Source of the DNA: Pontiella sp.
GTDB lineage: Bacteria; Verrucomicrobiota; Kiritimatiellia; Kiritimatiellales; Pontiellaceae
Reading direction: 5' to 3'
Length of the DNA stretch: 64,000 nucleotides
NCBI GenBank assembly: GCA_050290185.1
Contig: JBNKHE010000001.1
Coordinates: 706,713-770,712, forward strand
The position numbers were made by a program, and so were the translations under genes. The notes beneath the pieces were generated by a model. That model had not been told where the DNA came from and searched no databases. It saw nothing but the letters and a program-made list of their open reading frames with translations. Shown here one piece after another: positions 39,291 to 48,078 of the stretch (the first letter of the stretch is position 1; the number at the start of each line of letters is the position of its first letter).

Positions 39291-42200
39291 CTACATATTA
39301 ATCCAATTTGCCTGCACTCGCACCCATTCGCCGCTCGCATCGTCATACTCTTCCATAACAACCCAGTACCACCGGTTAGGGCTCATATTTTCAAGAACAA
39401 GTTCATCGGGGCCTACCATCTCACCAAGAGTCGAAAACTGCTCCGTCGCGGCATCCCACAACCGCGCCCGCACCAGTTGCCCTTCGAATCCCGATATTGG
39501 ATACACAACACGAGTAGCAACCATCCAAACGTTCAATACCTGCGTATCGGTATAGCCACCAAAACTGGCCGTAACGGTTACCTGTGCATCGGCATCAATG
39601 TTGCCGACATTCAGCGCCCCGGCAGCATTGATGGTCGCAAAACTTGTATTCTCGGACCATATGGGCGTCACGGTTGCACTCGATCCATCGGAATAATGGG
39701 CGGTACAACTGAAACTGGCAGTAGAGTTTTCCTCTAACTCGGCCGGCCCATTGATGCTGATGCTTGTTAACTCCACCGGAGGTGCGACGTATACAATACC
39801 AACAACATGCGCATCGCTCTTTCCGGAGTAGCTGGCAGCAATTGTAACACTCTGATCGGAATCCACGTTACCGGCGCTCAGCAGGCCACTGGAACTGATC
39901 GATGCATAGCCCGAGTTTTCAGTCCAGCTGGGCGTGACCAGCGTGGAAGTACCGTCTGACCAGTTCGCGGTGCATCGGTACTGGGCGGTTGTTTCCTCAT
40001 CAACGCTTGACGGACCTGAAATGGTGATCCCCGTGAGAGTCGGGGCAACATAGTTGATTGTTACCGTGTGCGTATCGGTCTTTCCATCAAAGTTCGCCGT
40101 GATGGTCACACTTTTGTCGGAAGTTACGTTTCCCGCAGTCAGCAGTCCGTTGCCATTGATCGATGCATACGAAGAGTTCTCGCTCCAGGTCGGAGCCACT
40201 ACGGAACTCGAGCCGTCGGAGTAGCTTGCGGTACAGATGTATTGGGCCGTAGTTTCTTCATCACAACTCGTTGGACCAGCAATCGTAATCCCCGTAACGA
40301 CCGGCGCTACATAGCTGATTGTTACCGTGTGCGTATCGGTCATTCCACCAAAGCTCGCCGTGATGGTCACACTTTTGTCGGAAGTTACGTTTCCCGCAGT
40401 CAGCAGTCCGTTGCCATTGATCGATACATACGAAGAATTATCGCTCCAGGTCGGAGCCACTACGGAACTCGAGCCGTCGGAGTAGCTTGCGGTGCAGGTG
40501 TATTGGGCTGTGGTTTCTTCATCACAACTCGTTGGACCGGAAATCGAAATCCCCGTAATAACCGGCACTACATAGTTGATTGTTACCGTGTGCGTATCGG
40601 TTTGTCCCCCAAAGTTCGCCGTAACCGTGACGCTTTGATTGGCATCCACATCACCCGCACTCAACAATCCGGAGGAACTGATGGTTGCGTAGGAGGAATT
40701 GAGACTCCAGGTCGGAACCACCGTAGCGGTCGAACCATCAGAATAGGTTGCTGTGCAAGTGTACTGCGCCGCATTTCCCTCATCAACAGTCGACGGACCC
40801 GCTATGGCAATGCTCGACAACACGGGAGCCGGCGGCGAATCCGGAGGCGGAGGACTCACGACCGCACTGGATTCATATACGACAGTCATCTGCTTCGCAT
40901 CGCCGGCGTCACTCGTTACCGTGATCACGGCCGAGTCGCCGAGTTGCGGTGTGTAACCCGCTTTAACAGCTACGCTCAGCGTACCGGTAGCCGTTTCATC
41001 TGCCACCTTATCCGACACCTGACTGACCTCCACCCACGAGCCGCTTTCCGGCACAGCCGTCAATCGCAACAGCGCCGTTCCTGCATTGTACACATCCACT
41101 TCACCAGTCGCGCTCTCAGGCGTCAGGGACAACACACGCCGGGGCAACTCAAGGACGCTGTTGGGAATAGTCCCATAATCCTGCGAAAATCCATTCCACG
41201 TATTCTCCCGCAGTGCCGGCTCGTTCCCTGGGCTGAATGAGATCCCCGTTCCCGATCCCGTGAACTCGTTGTTGCAGCACACCAGATGCACTAGATTATC
41301 AAGGGCACTGAAGGTATACAGATCGCTCTGACAGCGATTCCGGTCGAACACCACCAGATCCACAGGAGCCATATCATTATTGGACGATGGATTGATGGCA
41401 TAGCCTGTTATACCGGTTAACTCGTTCCGACGCCATACGCTTGCCAGAATCGAAGGATCCTTGTTTAGCGGAATACGATCGGCAAAGGCCACATGATGGT
41501 CGGCCAGACCAATCAGGCAATGATCGATGTGGTTTCCTTCGAAAAAGTTAAAGTAGTTCGGCTGTATCACGTTGTACGCCATCCCATCGGTCTGCTCGGA
41601 AAGGCTCCAGTTCAGGATCGCCCCCTTCACATCCGAAATCGTGTTGCCGGCAACCACCGATTCAAAAAATGCCCCGTAGAATGACACCCCCGCCGACGCG
41701 GTGTAGTTGGTATAATTCGGGCCTGAACCATACAGGATCTCCGTCGGGTCGGTAGTGCGCGGATGTCCGTTCAGATGATTGCCAAAGATCGCAAACCGGC
41801 TGGCATATTTCCCGATCATCACAATGCTGTCCGCAGCCGGACGCACGTTCCAGGGTTCGCTAACCGTAATGCGCCCCGAAGCGACATCCGCAGAGGAGAC
41901 CAGACGGCACTGTCCCAGGCCCGTTCCATCGACCACAACTATCATGCGGCCCACGGCACCCTCAGGCAGTCCAGAGCACTGGATCGTCGTGTCTGACAAC
42001 GCGGCCTCCACCGAGCCCCGATAGATCGTGCGCAGATGTTCAAACATGATCTGCTCGCCAGAGTTCTGACCGGCCTCCTGGCCGTATTTGCCAAGGGCCG
42101 GATCATAGCGCGGCGCCATGTTTGTTGTCGTGCAGTCTCCGATATAGATATTGCGGTGTGTACCGCCGTTCCCCGAACCATTCACAAAGCGACCTTCACA

Positions 42201-43589
42201 CCATCCGGATCCATCTGTTACATCCGAATCGTCATAGGAGCGCCCAGAGGTGCCGGTGATCGAGACCTGTTTTGACCCGTCGATGGCCAGTAGCTTATTG
42301 TTGTCGTGCCGACCCAGAAAGGTGCAATCCTCGACAAAAAAGCCATCCATGGTCGCTGCCAGCACATTCCTATTGAGGATGAACGTGCAATTCTTGAACG
42401 TCAGGTTATTACCACTTGCCACATCAACCAAATCTGCGCTTCCGGTATTTTCCAGCTGGCTGAAGCGGCAGTCCACGAACCGGCTGTTACGGGTCGAGCG
42501 GCAACGGATCAGCTTGCCGGCATAGCCCGGTGCAGCCTCGAACCCGAGTCCGCGTACCTCTACGCCGTTGAGGCCTGCATGGATCATCCCGTAGGAGGAA
42601 CTCAGTACATTCGATGAATGCGAACGGATGATTGAGCTTTCATTGCCGGCACCAAGCAGGCGACAGTTCGAGCCAACCGAACTGATTCGGTCGCTCAGCA
42701 GATAGACCCCTGCCGGAAAGTAGATCGTACCTCGGGCTGGACATGCCGCGATGGCCGACTTGATGGCGATCAAGTCGTCTGCAGAGCCATCGCCCTTGGC
42801 GCCGTAATCCTTGACATTGATAGTGCCTCCGTCCCAGAGAACGGGCGAAACAACCTCGATGCTCAACGAACGCGACCAACCAAACTCACCCCCGTGACCG
42901 TTGTGCACATAGACCGTATAGGTACCGTTCGGCACATCGGCGGGCATGGTGAACGGTGCGCGGTAGGGATTTGCTCTGGAGCTCGTAATCCAACGATCAA
43001 GTTCCACAATGTAGAGATGACACTCTCCGGCACCGAGCTTCAGGTTGCGGCCGAAGACGCAGAATGAAGAGCCGCTCGATATCCGGTCAGGACCGACCCA
43101 CCACGCCTCCGTTTGATTAATGGCCACGGGTCCGCCTATACCGTTGCCATTGCGCGGCCAAAGCAGATACATCTCGTCGGCAGGAAACAACCCACTCCCC
43201 GGCAGGGTCAGTGCGCACTGGCGGCCGGCGAGGCGCTGAATAAGTCCGGAAGCCGGCGCGAAGCCTTCTCCGTAGAAAACAAAGCCGGTATCGCGTCCTT
43301 CCTCGCTATCTGTGCTGTATAGCGAAAGTCGTTCGCCGGTGAGTGCCATGGTATCACCTGGCTGGTTGCTTCGCGTCCATTCCGCAATTTCCGGCGTATT
43401 GGACACAGGGGCCGTGTTGGTTACCGGCGGATTAAAGGCTGCAAAATCAGCCGGAAGGGCTGGCTTGCTGGAGGGACCGGTATATTCAGGGGCAGGATAA
43501 AGTGCGGCCGAAGCGTTTAACAACATCGCTCCCCCAAGAACCCATCCCAGTACAAAACGCTTCTCTAGTAGTGCATGTGAACTATACAT
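39291..43589 (-). CDS. Large secreted right-handed beta-helix (pectate lyase 3-like) protein with BACON-like domain and five Ig-like repeats
   Basis: INVKDYGAKGDG..DD..AI..AI...GTIYFPAGVY; Pro-rich linker; five ~87-aa I.GP..DE...AQY.C repeats; start trimmed to 43589. Confidence 0.87.
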   Translation of the reverse strand: MYSSHALLEKRFVLGWVLGGAMLLNASAALYPAPEYTGPSSKPALPADFAAFNPPVTNTAPVSNTPEIAEWTRSNQPGDTMALTGERLSLYSTDSEEGRDTGFVFYGEGFAPASGLIQRLAGRQCALTLPGSGLFPADEMYLLWPRNGNGIGGPVAINQTEAWWVGPDRISSGSSFCVFGRNLKLGAGECHLYIVELDRWITSSRANPYRAPFTMPADVPNGTYTVYVHNGHGGEFGWSRSLSIEVVSPVLWDGGTINVKDYGAKGDGSADDLIAIKSAIAACPARGTIYFPAGVYLLSDRISSVGSNCRLLGAGNESSIIRSHSSNVLSSSYGMIHAGLNGVEVRGLGFEAAPGYAGKLIRCRSTRNSRFVDCRFSQLENTGSADLVDVASGNNLTFKNCTFILNRNVLAATMDGFFVEDCTFLGRHDNNKLLAIDGSKQVSITGTSGRSYDDSDVTDGSGWCEGRFVNGSGNGGTHRNIYIGDCTTTNMAPRYDPALGKYGQEAGQNSGEQIMFEHLRTIYRGSVEAALSDTTIQCSGLPEGAVGRMIVVVDGTGLGQCRLVSSADVASGRITVSEPWNVRPAADSIVMIGKYASRFAIFGNHLNGHPRTTDPTEILYGSGPNYTNYTASAGVSFYGAFFESVVAGNTISDVKGAILNWSLSEQTDGMAYNVIQPNYFNFFEGNHIDHCLIGLADHHVAFADRIPLNKDPSILASVWRRNELTGITGYAINPSSNNDMAPVDLVVFDRNRCQSDLYTFSALDNLVHLVCCNNEFTGSGTGISFSPGNEPALRENTWNGFSQDYGTIPNSVLELPRRVLSLTPESATGEVDVYNAGTALLRLTAVPESGSWVEVSQVSDKVADETATGTLSVAVKAGYTPQLGDSAVITVTSDAGDAKQMTVVYESSAVVSPPPPDSPPAPVLSSIAIAGPSTVDEGNAAQYTCTATYSDGSTATVVPTWSLNSSYATISSSGLLSAGDVDANQSVTVTANFGGQTDTHTVTINYVVPVITGISISGPTSCDEETTAQYTCTASYSDGSSSVVAPTWSDNSSYVSINGNGLLTAGNVTSDKSVTITASFGGMTDTHTVTISYVAPVVTGITIAGPTSCDEETTAQYICTASYSDGSSSVVAPTWSENSSYASINGNGLLTAGNVTSDKSVTITANFDGKTDTHTVTINYVAPTLTGITISGPSSVDEETTAQYRCTANWSDGTSTLVTPSWTENSGYASISSSGLLSAGNVDSDQSVTIAASYSGKSDAHVVGIVYVAPPVELTSISINGPAELEENSTASFSCTAHYSDGSSATVTPIWSENTSFATINAAGALNVGNIDADAQVTVTASFGGYTDTQVLNVWMVATRVVYPISGFEGQLVRARLWDAATEQFSTLGEMVGPDELVLENMSPNRWYWVVMEEYDDASGEWVRVQANWINM
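39520..40825 (-). repeat. Five tandem Ig-like (Big_2-like) repeats with a 261-bp period
   Basis: TAG(T/C)TGATTGTTACCGTGTGCGTATCGGT recurs at 40051, 40312 and 40573. Confidence 0.9.
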
Positions 43590-43698
43590 CGATTTCTTCT
43601 TCCTAGAATTGCTGTTCAATGCCCACTCGCTCTCCCCCAAGAGCTGCTCCGAATCCGATCACCGGAAAATCCGAAACAAGAACGGACATATCGACATG

Positions 43699-43715
43699 AG
43701 CATCTGCCATGCCAG
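43699..43715 (-). promoter_or_regulatory. Putative sigma-54 promoter for the first EPS-locus gene
   Basis: Minus strand CTGGCAT-GGCAG-ATGCT with correct GG-N10-GC spacing, about 110 nt upstream of ATG 43589. Confidence 0.55.
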
Positions 43716-44325
43716 TATAGGAAGGGATGTGAATATTCGATGCTGAGAAGAAAGAACCGCCATTTTTGCGGAGATCAACAGACGAATTATCAGGAAACCT
43801 CTGCCGACGGCCGGTATGGATGCACCATAACCACAACCGCGGGACGCTTGTCTCACTATTGCCTAATCCAATCTAAAAAATCCACCGTTTTGCAAATATG
43901 AGAACAAAGCAGCACAGCTATTTACTAGCTCTCATCGGTCAAATATTTACATCAAAAACGATTCAAACTTCGCCCTTATCAACACGATAAAGTGTTATTT
44001 ATCTACCTTGATTAATAAGGACTTACATCGACAGACATACCCCTACCTGTACGAAAGTGGGCAGATATATAGGAGCGAAACTCAAGCGTCAAAAGGAAAA
44101 ACCTGAATATTTTTTCAGCCTAAAACACCCCTGCCGAACCGGTATCTTTACATAGGTTCGTTTTCCCCATGTATAATGGGTTTTAGATGCCAGCGAGCAT
44201 GTTAAACACCGATACTGAACTAATGATTACCATCGATTACGAGATCGTGAAATCAGGTATTGAGCGAGCTTCGGAAGCATCTTGGCCAACCCCAAATTTT
44301 AGGACGGGTTCAGCCTGAAAGCCTA

Positions 44326-44853
44326 TCAGGATTCGGTAAGCTTTCGCAGGATTTGGTCGAGGTGGCGCTTTAGTTTAACAGGAGGTTTATCCTGTAGAAC
44401 ATAGCGTCCGTCTGCATCCTCACGAACATAAGTGCGCCATCCGTTTGCTTCTCGCCAAGGCATAATCACATTGTCGATGGCGATTTCCGCCTCGTCAGGC
44501 TCCAACCCGAACTGCCCGCACGTCCACAAGCAACGTTCGCGGTTTGCATTCCCGCGCTGCACGGCCTCATAGGCAAAATACTCCGGTGACTGCTCATCGA
44601 TCGCGTTTTCAGAACTGAAATAAGGATTTCTGGGCGGAGGCAGTCCGGCCGCCTTCATGTTTTCGTGGGCATACTTGTAGAAACCGCGCATCAGCTGGAT
44701 CGCCCTGTCCAGTACCTCCTCGTACTGCACCAGACCCACCGGATCCACTCCAGCCCGCTCCGCGATTTCCGCATATCCACCAACGCCATCCACAATGGCC
44801 TTCATCACCCGGTCTGCCTGTAATATATCCATAAGGTCGCCGATACTATCCAT
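44326..44853 (-). CDS. Hypothetical protein
   Basis: 175-aa ORF with plausible composition, directly downstream of the 936-aa gene; no recognised motif. Confidence 0.7.
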   Translation of the reverse strand: MDSIGDLMDILQADRVMKAIVDGVGGYAEIAERAGVDPVGLVQYEEVLDRAIQLMRGFYKYAHENMKAAGLPPPRNPYFSSENAIDEQSPEYFAYEAVQRGNANRERCLWTCGQFGLEPDEAEIAIDNVIMPWREANGWRTYVREDADGRYVLQDKPPVKLKRHLDQILRKLTES

Positions 44854-44887
44854 CCAGAAGCGTCATGCAACAAAAACAGCATATGGT

Positions 44888-47698
44888 TCAATGGCAGATC
44901 GTCCGGAAACCGAGTGACCTCCAGGCATTGTCGGTGAATCCTTGCGAGGGAAGATCGATGTGGATGCCGCACTTCAGGTACGTTGCATTCTCATCGCCGA
45001 ATCCCCCGCTCGCACGGCCACGCTGTTCATCGATACCGGGAGCATGGGTTGTGGTAATGTTGTCGCACCATTCCCATACGTTTCCGACGATGTCGAACAG
45101 ACCAAAGCTGTTCGCGGGGTAGCTTCCGCAAAGAGTCGTGCCCTCCTGCGCATAGTTCGCGTCGTTCGTTGTTATGGTATTGCCCCAGGGGTAGAGATAG
45201 CCTCCGAATCCTCCTCGCGCGGCGTATTCCCATTCCTCCTGGGTTGGCAGCCGGAAGCCGTTGGCCTCATAATCGGTTTCCACGTTCTCGACCTGCCCCG
45301 TTTGGAACAAACTGCCCGACACATGGTAGCAAGGGGTTCGGCCTTCCATCTGGCTACGGGCATTGCACCACTTCACGCAGTCATACCAGTTGATCCATAC
45401 CACCGGATGGTCCGCAGCCGCCCACGTACCATTGGTCGAGAAATCATATCCCTGACCGATCGCCCATTGATAGACGTTCGACCACATCGCACCCGACACC
45501 TCGCATGCATCCATATGGAACGGCTGTTCCACGACCAGCGTGTAGTTGCTGTAAATCCCGTCGTTAACAGCTTTGGTGCCCGCCGGAATCAACACCGTGC
45601 CCACAGGCACGGGCGGAACCTCCGGCTTCAGTTCAACTTCAGTCTTGTAGAACAACTGCGACCAGGCAGTGTGCAGCAAATCGGTATAGCTATGCTGCGG
45701 ATATTCAATATCCACTGCCAGCGGCTGGAAACCGTCCAGCAGGTTGGTGCTCCACCAGACTCCGTAGTAGCGCCCCGTTGCACATGGCCACCATTCGATC
45801 GTGAAAGGCATCGAAACGGAGGAATTGGTAATCGCAAAGAACGATGCATCGTCCATCGGATCCGTATTGGCAATCTGTTCGTTCCGGTTGCTCTGGTGAT
45901 CGTTGTCGTCATCGCGATCCGGATCGACGTTTCCCCCGAAATAATCCCGTTCCCAGTCGTCCGGAAGCCCGTCGTTGTCGCTATCACTCAATCCAAGGAT
46001 GCCTTGGTATTCAAGGCAACCCATATCCACGTAGTCCTCGACGACGCGCGGATTATCATCCAGATCCACTGCATTCGTCATGTAGTTGTTGTTGCCCCAG
46101 TTGATGCACGGAGAGTTTGACTGGAGTCGATAATTGCCGCTGAAAGCATCCACAAACAGGGGGATGTTGGTAATATTCCCGCTCACGCCATGAATGGCAT
46201 CTGGACAGCAGGAATTGTACATGTCTCCACTGAAGTTAGCGGGTGAATTTTCATCATTAATATTTCCTGTGATGATACAGTTATAAGCCGTCCCATTCAT
46301 GGCTACGCCGTCATGCGATTCGGTATAATTATCAATGATTGTACAATTATATGCGAAAGAATTATCAAGCCCTCCGCTACCGTCGAATAAACCACCCGTG
46401 TTGCCCGATACCAGACAATTGATCGCTGTCAATCCAACACCGCCACCACTTATTCCCCCGTGGTTATCTTGTATCCGGCAGTTGACAGCGAGTACGCCGC
46501 CTGCCCCTCCCGCATCATCATTCGCCCCATTCCCGCTTATTAAACAATCAAATGCGCTTCCTTCCCACATCCCTCCGACTCCACTGTCGGAAAAATTGCC
46601 AACAATCGAGCATCCGTATGCTATTGACAACGCCAAGCCGCCGCCCCCTCCATACAGATCCGTACGGTTATTGGTAATCACGCAATCAACAGCCACGATG
46701 TCATATCCGCCACCGCCGCTCTGGCTCGCAAAATTGTCGGCAAGCAAACACCCGACTGCTGATCCTCCCAGCATTGCGCCACCATCCCACCATGCATAGT
46801 TATCCACCACAATGCAGTTTGTCAGCGTGCTTTCATAGGCCCCGCCGCCGCCGGAATATTCACTCACATCCGCCCGCGTGCGATTATTTGTAAAGAGGCA
46901 GTCAATGGCTGATGCATATGCCATTCCGCCCCCATATTGAGCGAGGTTTCCGTTGAATGTACAGTTGCTGGCAGCGCCCTCATACATGCCCCCGCCTTCA
47001 TCGGACGTCCTGTTACCCATGAACGTGCAGTCCATTGCGTTACCGTAGCCTATTCCTGCTCCATACTCGGAAAAATTGCTGATGATCGTGCAGCCGAACG
47101 CAGCCCCCTCGTAGAGTGCACCGCCGTAGGTATTTCCCTCATTATGGATGAAATCACAGGCATATGCGGTACCGCACATCATTCCACCGCCCCCCCATTC
47201 TCCTCCATAGTTACCTTGGAACAAACAGTTGTATGCCGTCCCACCATACAGTCCACCTCCACCCCCTCCGGCCATGTTCCCGATGATGTTGCAATTGGTA
47301 ACGAATGAATCCCTATTATCGGTGTAGAGACCACCGCCATACGGAAAAGTATTTCCGTTACGAATCGTAAAACCACTGACCGCACATTCGTTGCTCCCGA
47401 GGTTGAGGCAACGCGTTGCATGGTTACCATCGATGATGGTTACATCCGGCCCGTTGATGCTCGCCAACAGGATATTCGCATCCACTGCGGTTTCGTTTGT
47501 GAGTATATAGGTGCCGTTGGTGACATAGACCATGTGACCATCGGCGCAGGCATCCACCGCCGACTGAATGTTGGTAGCCGCATCTTCCCAGCTGGCAAAG
47601 GGGTAAATATGGGCGCCTTCAGAAGATACGTAGTGCGTGGTAGCAAAAAGAGGCTCTGCGCACCACAGACAAATTACCATTGCAAGAGTCGCTTTCAT
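44888..47698 (-). CDS. Secreted protein: parallel beta-helix repeats, choice-of-anchor-Q-like segment, Asp-rich/FY domain, C-terminal SUMF1/FGE-like domain
   Basis: Signal peptide; THYVS...AATNIQSAVD; many N...GGG repeats; NYRLQSNSPCIN.G; RLPTQEEWEYAARGG, YPWG, GNVWEWC, GFR. Confidence 0.88.
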   Translation of the reverse strand: MKATLAMVICLWCAEPLFATTHYVSSEGAHIYPFASWEDAATNIQSAVDACADGHMVYVTNGTYILTNETAVDANILLASINGPDVTIIDGNHATRCLNLGSNECAVSGFTIRNGNTFPYGGGLYTDNRDSFVTNCNIIGNMAGGGGGGLYGGTAYNCLFQGNYGGEWGGGGMMCGTAYACDFIHNEGNTYGGALYEGAAFGCTIISNFSEYGAGIGYGNAMDCTFMGNRTSDEGGGMYEGAASNCTFNGNLAQYGGGMAYASAIDCLFTNNRTRADVSEYSGGGGAYESTLTNCIVVDNYAWWDGGAMLGGSAVGCLLADNFASQSGGGGYDIVAVDCVITNNRTDLYGGGGGLALSIAYGCSIVGNFSDSGVGGMWEGSAFDCLISGNGANDDAGGAGGVLAVNCRIQDNHGGISGGGVGLTAINCLVSGNTGGLFDGSGGLDNSFAYNCTIIDNYTESHDGVAMNGTAYNCIITGNINDENSPANFSGDMYNSCCPDAIHGVSGNITNIPLFVDAFSGNYRLQSNSPCINWGNNNYMTNAVDLDDNPRVVEDYVDMGCLEYQGILGLSDSDNDGLPDDWERDYFGGNVDPDRDDDNDHQSNRNEQIANTDPMDDASFFAITNSSVSMPFTIEWWPCATGRYYGVWWSTNLLDGFQPLAVDIEYPQHSYTDLLHTAWSQLFYKTEVELKPEVPPVPVGTVLIPAGTKAVNDGIYSNYTLVVEQPFHMDACEVSGAMWSNVYQWAIGQGYDFSTNGTWAAADHPVVWINWYDCVKWCNARSQMEGRTPCYHVSGSLFQTGQVENVETDYEANGFRLPTQEEWEYAARGGFGGYLYPWGNTITTNDANYAQEGTTLCGSYPANSFGLFDIVGNVWEWCDNITTTHAPGIDEQRGRASGGFGDENATYLKCGIHIDLPSQGFTDNAWRSLGFRTICH

Positions 47699-47766
47699 CG
47701 TCCATCCCCCGCAATATGGCTTGCATCACTAAAATGCAATTATTCGATATATTCACACCCGCCTAT

Positions 47767-47783
47767 GGCAAGGCATGTGCCGA
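47767..47783 (-). promoter_or_regulatory. Putative sigma-54 promoter
   Basis: Minus strand TCGGCAC-ATGCC-TTGCC, about 70 nt upstream of ATG 47698. Confidence 0.65.
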
Positions 47784-48078
47784 ACTGCAACCCGCTTGCC
47801 CTCGTTAAGGCCAACAGGCTGTGGCGGATGGCAGCATGAATAATCCAAATCGTCCATGGACTTTCCATCGCCCATCCTCCCCTTCCCTTGCGAGGGAGAG
47901 AATACCGCCGGAACCAATGGATCCGCAACAAAATCAGACCGATCCCCCCTCTTTGTATTAGGTATAAGTTAGACAAATTCAAGGGGATGGCACGCATGCA
48001 CCCCGGGGAAACAATTCTTTTTCGTTACAATATATTTTATTGTTTATAGACCAAGTTTCATTTATTTATTATGGCCGA

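Noticed and set aside
39520..40825. CRISPR array or mobile-element repeats
   Set aside because: The repeats are in-frame 261-bp coding units; no cas genes or spacer structure.
44326..47698. Diversity-generating retroelement targeting the C-terminal FGE/CLec domain
   Set aside because: No reverse transcriptase in the window and no template repeat differing at adenines was seen; the downstream 175-aa ORF has no clear Avd resemblance. A remote DGR cannot be excluded.
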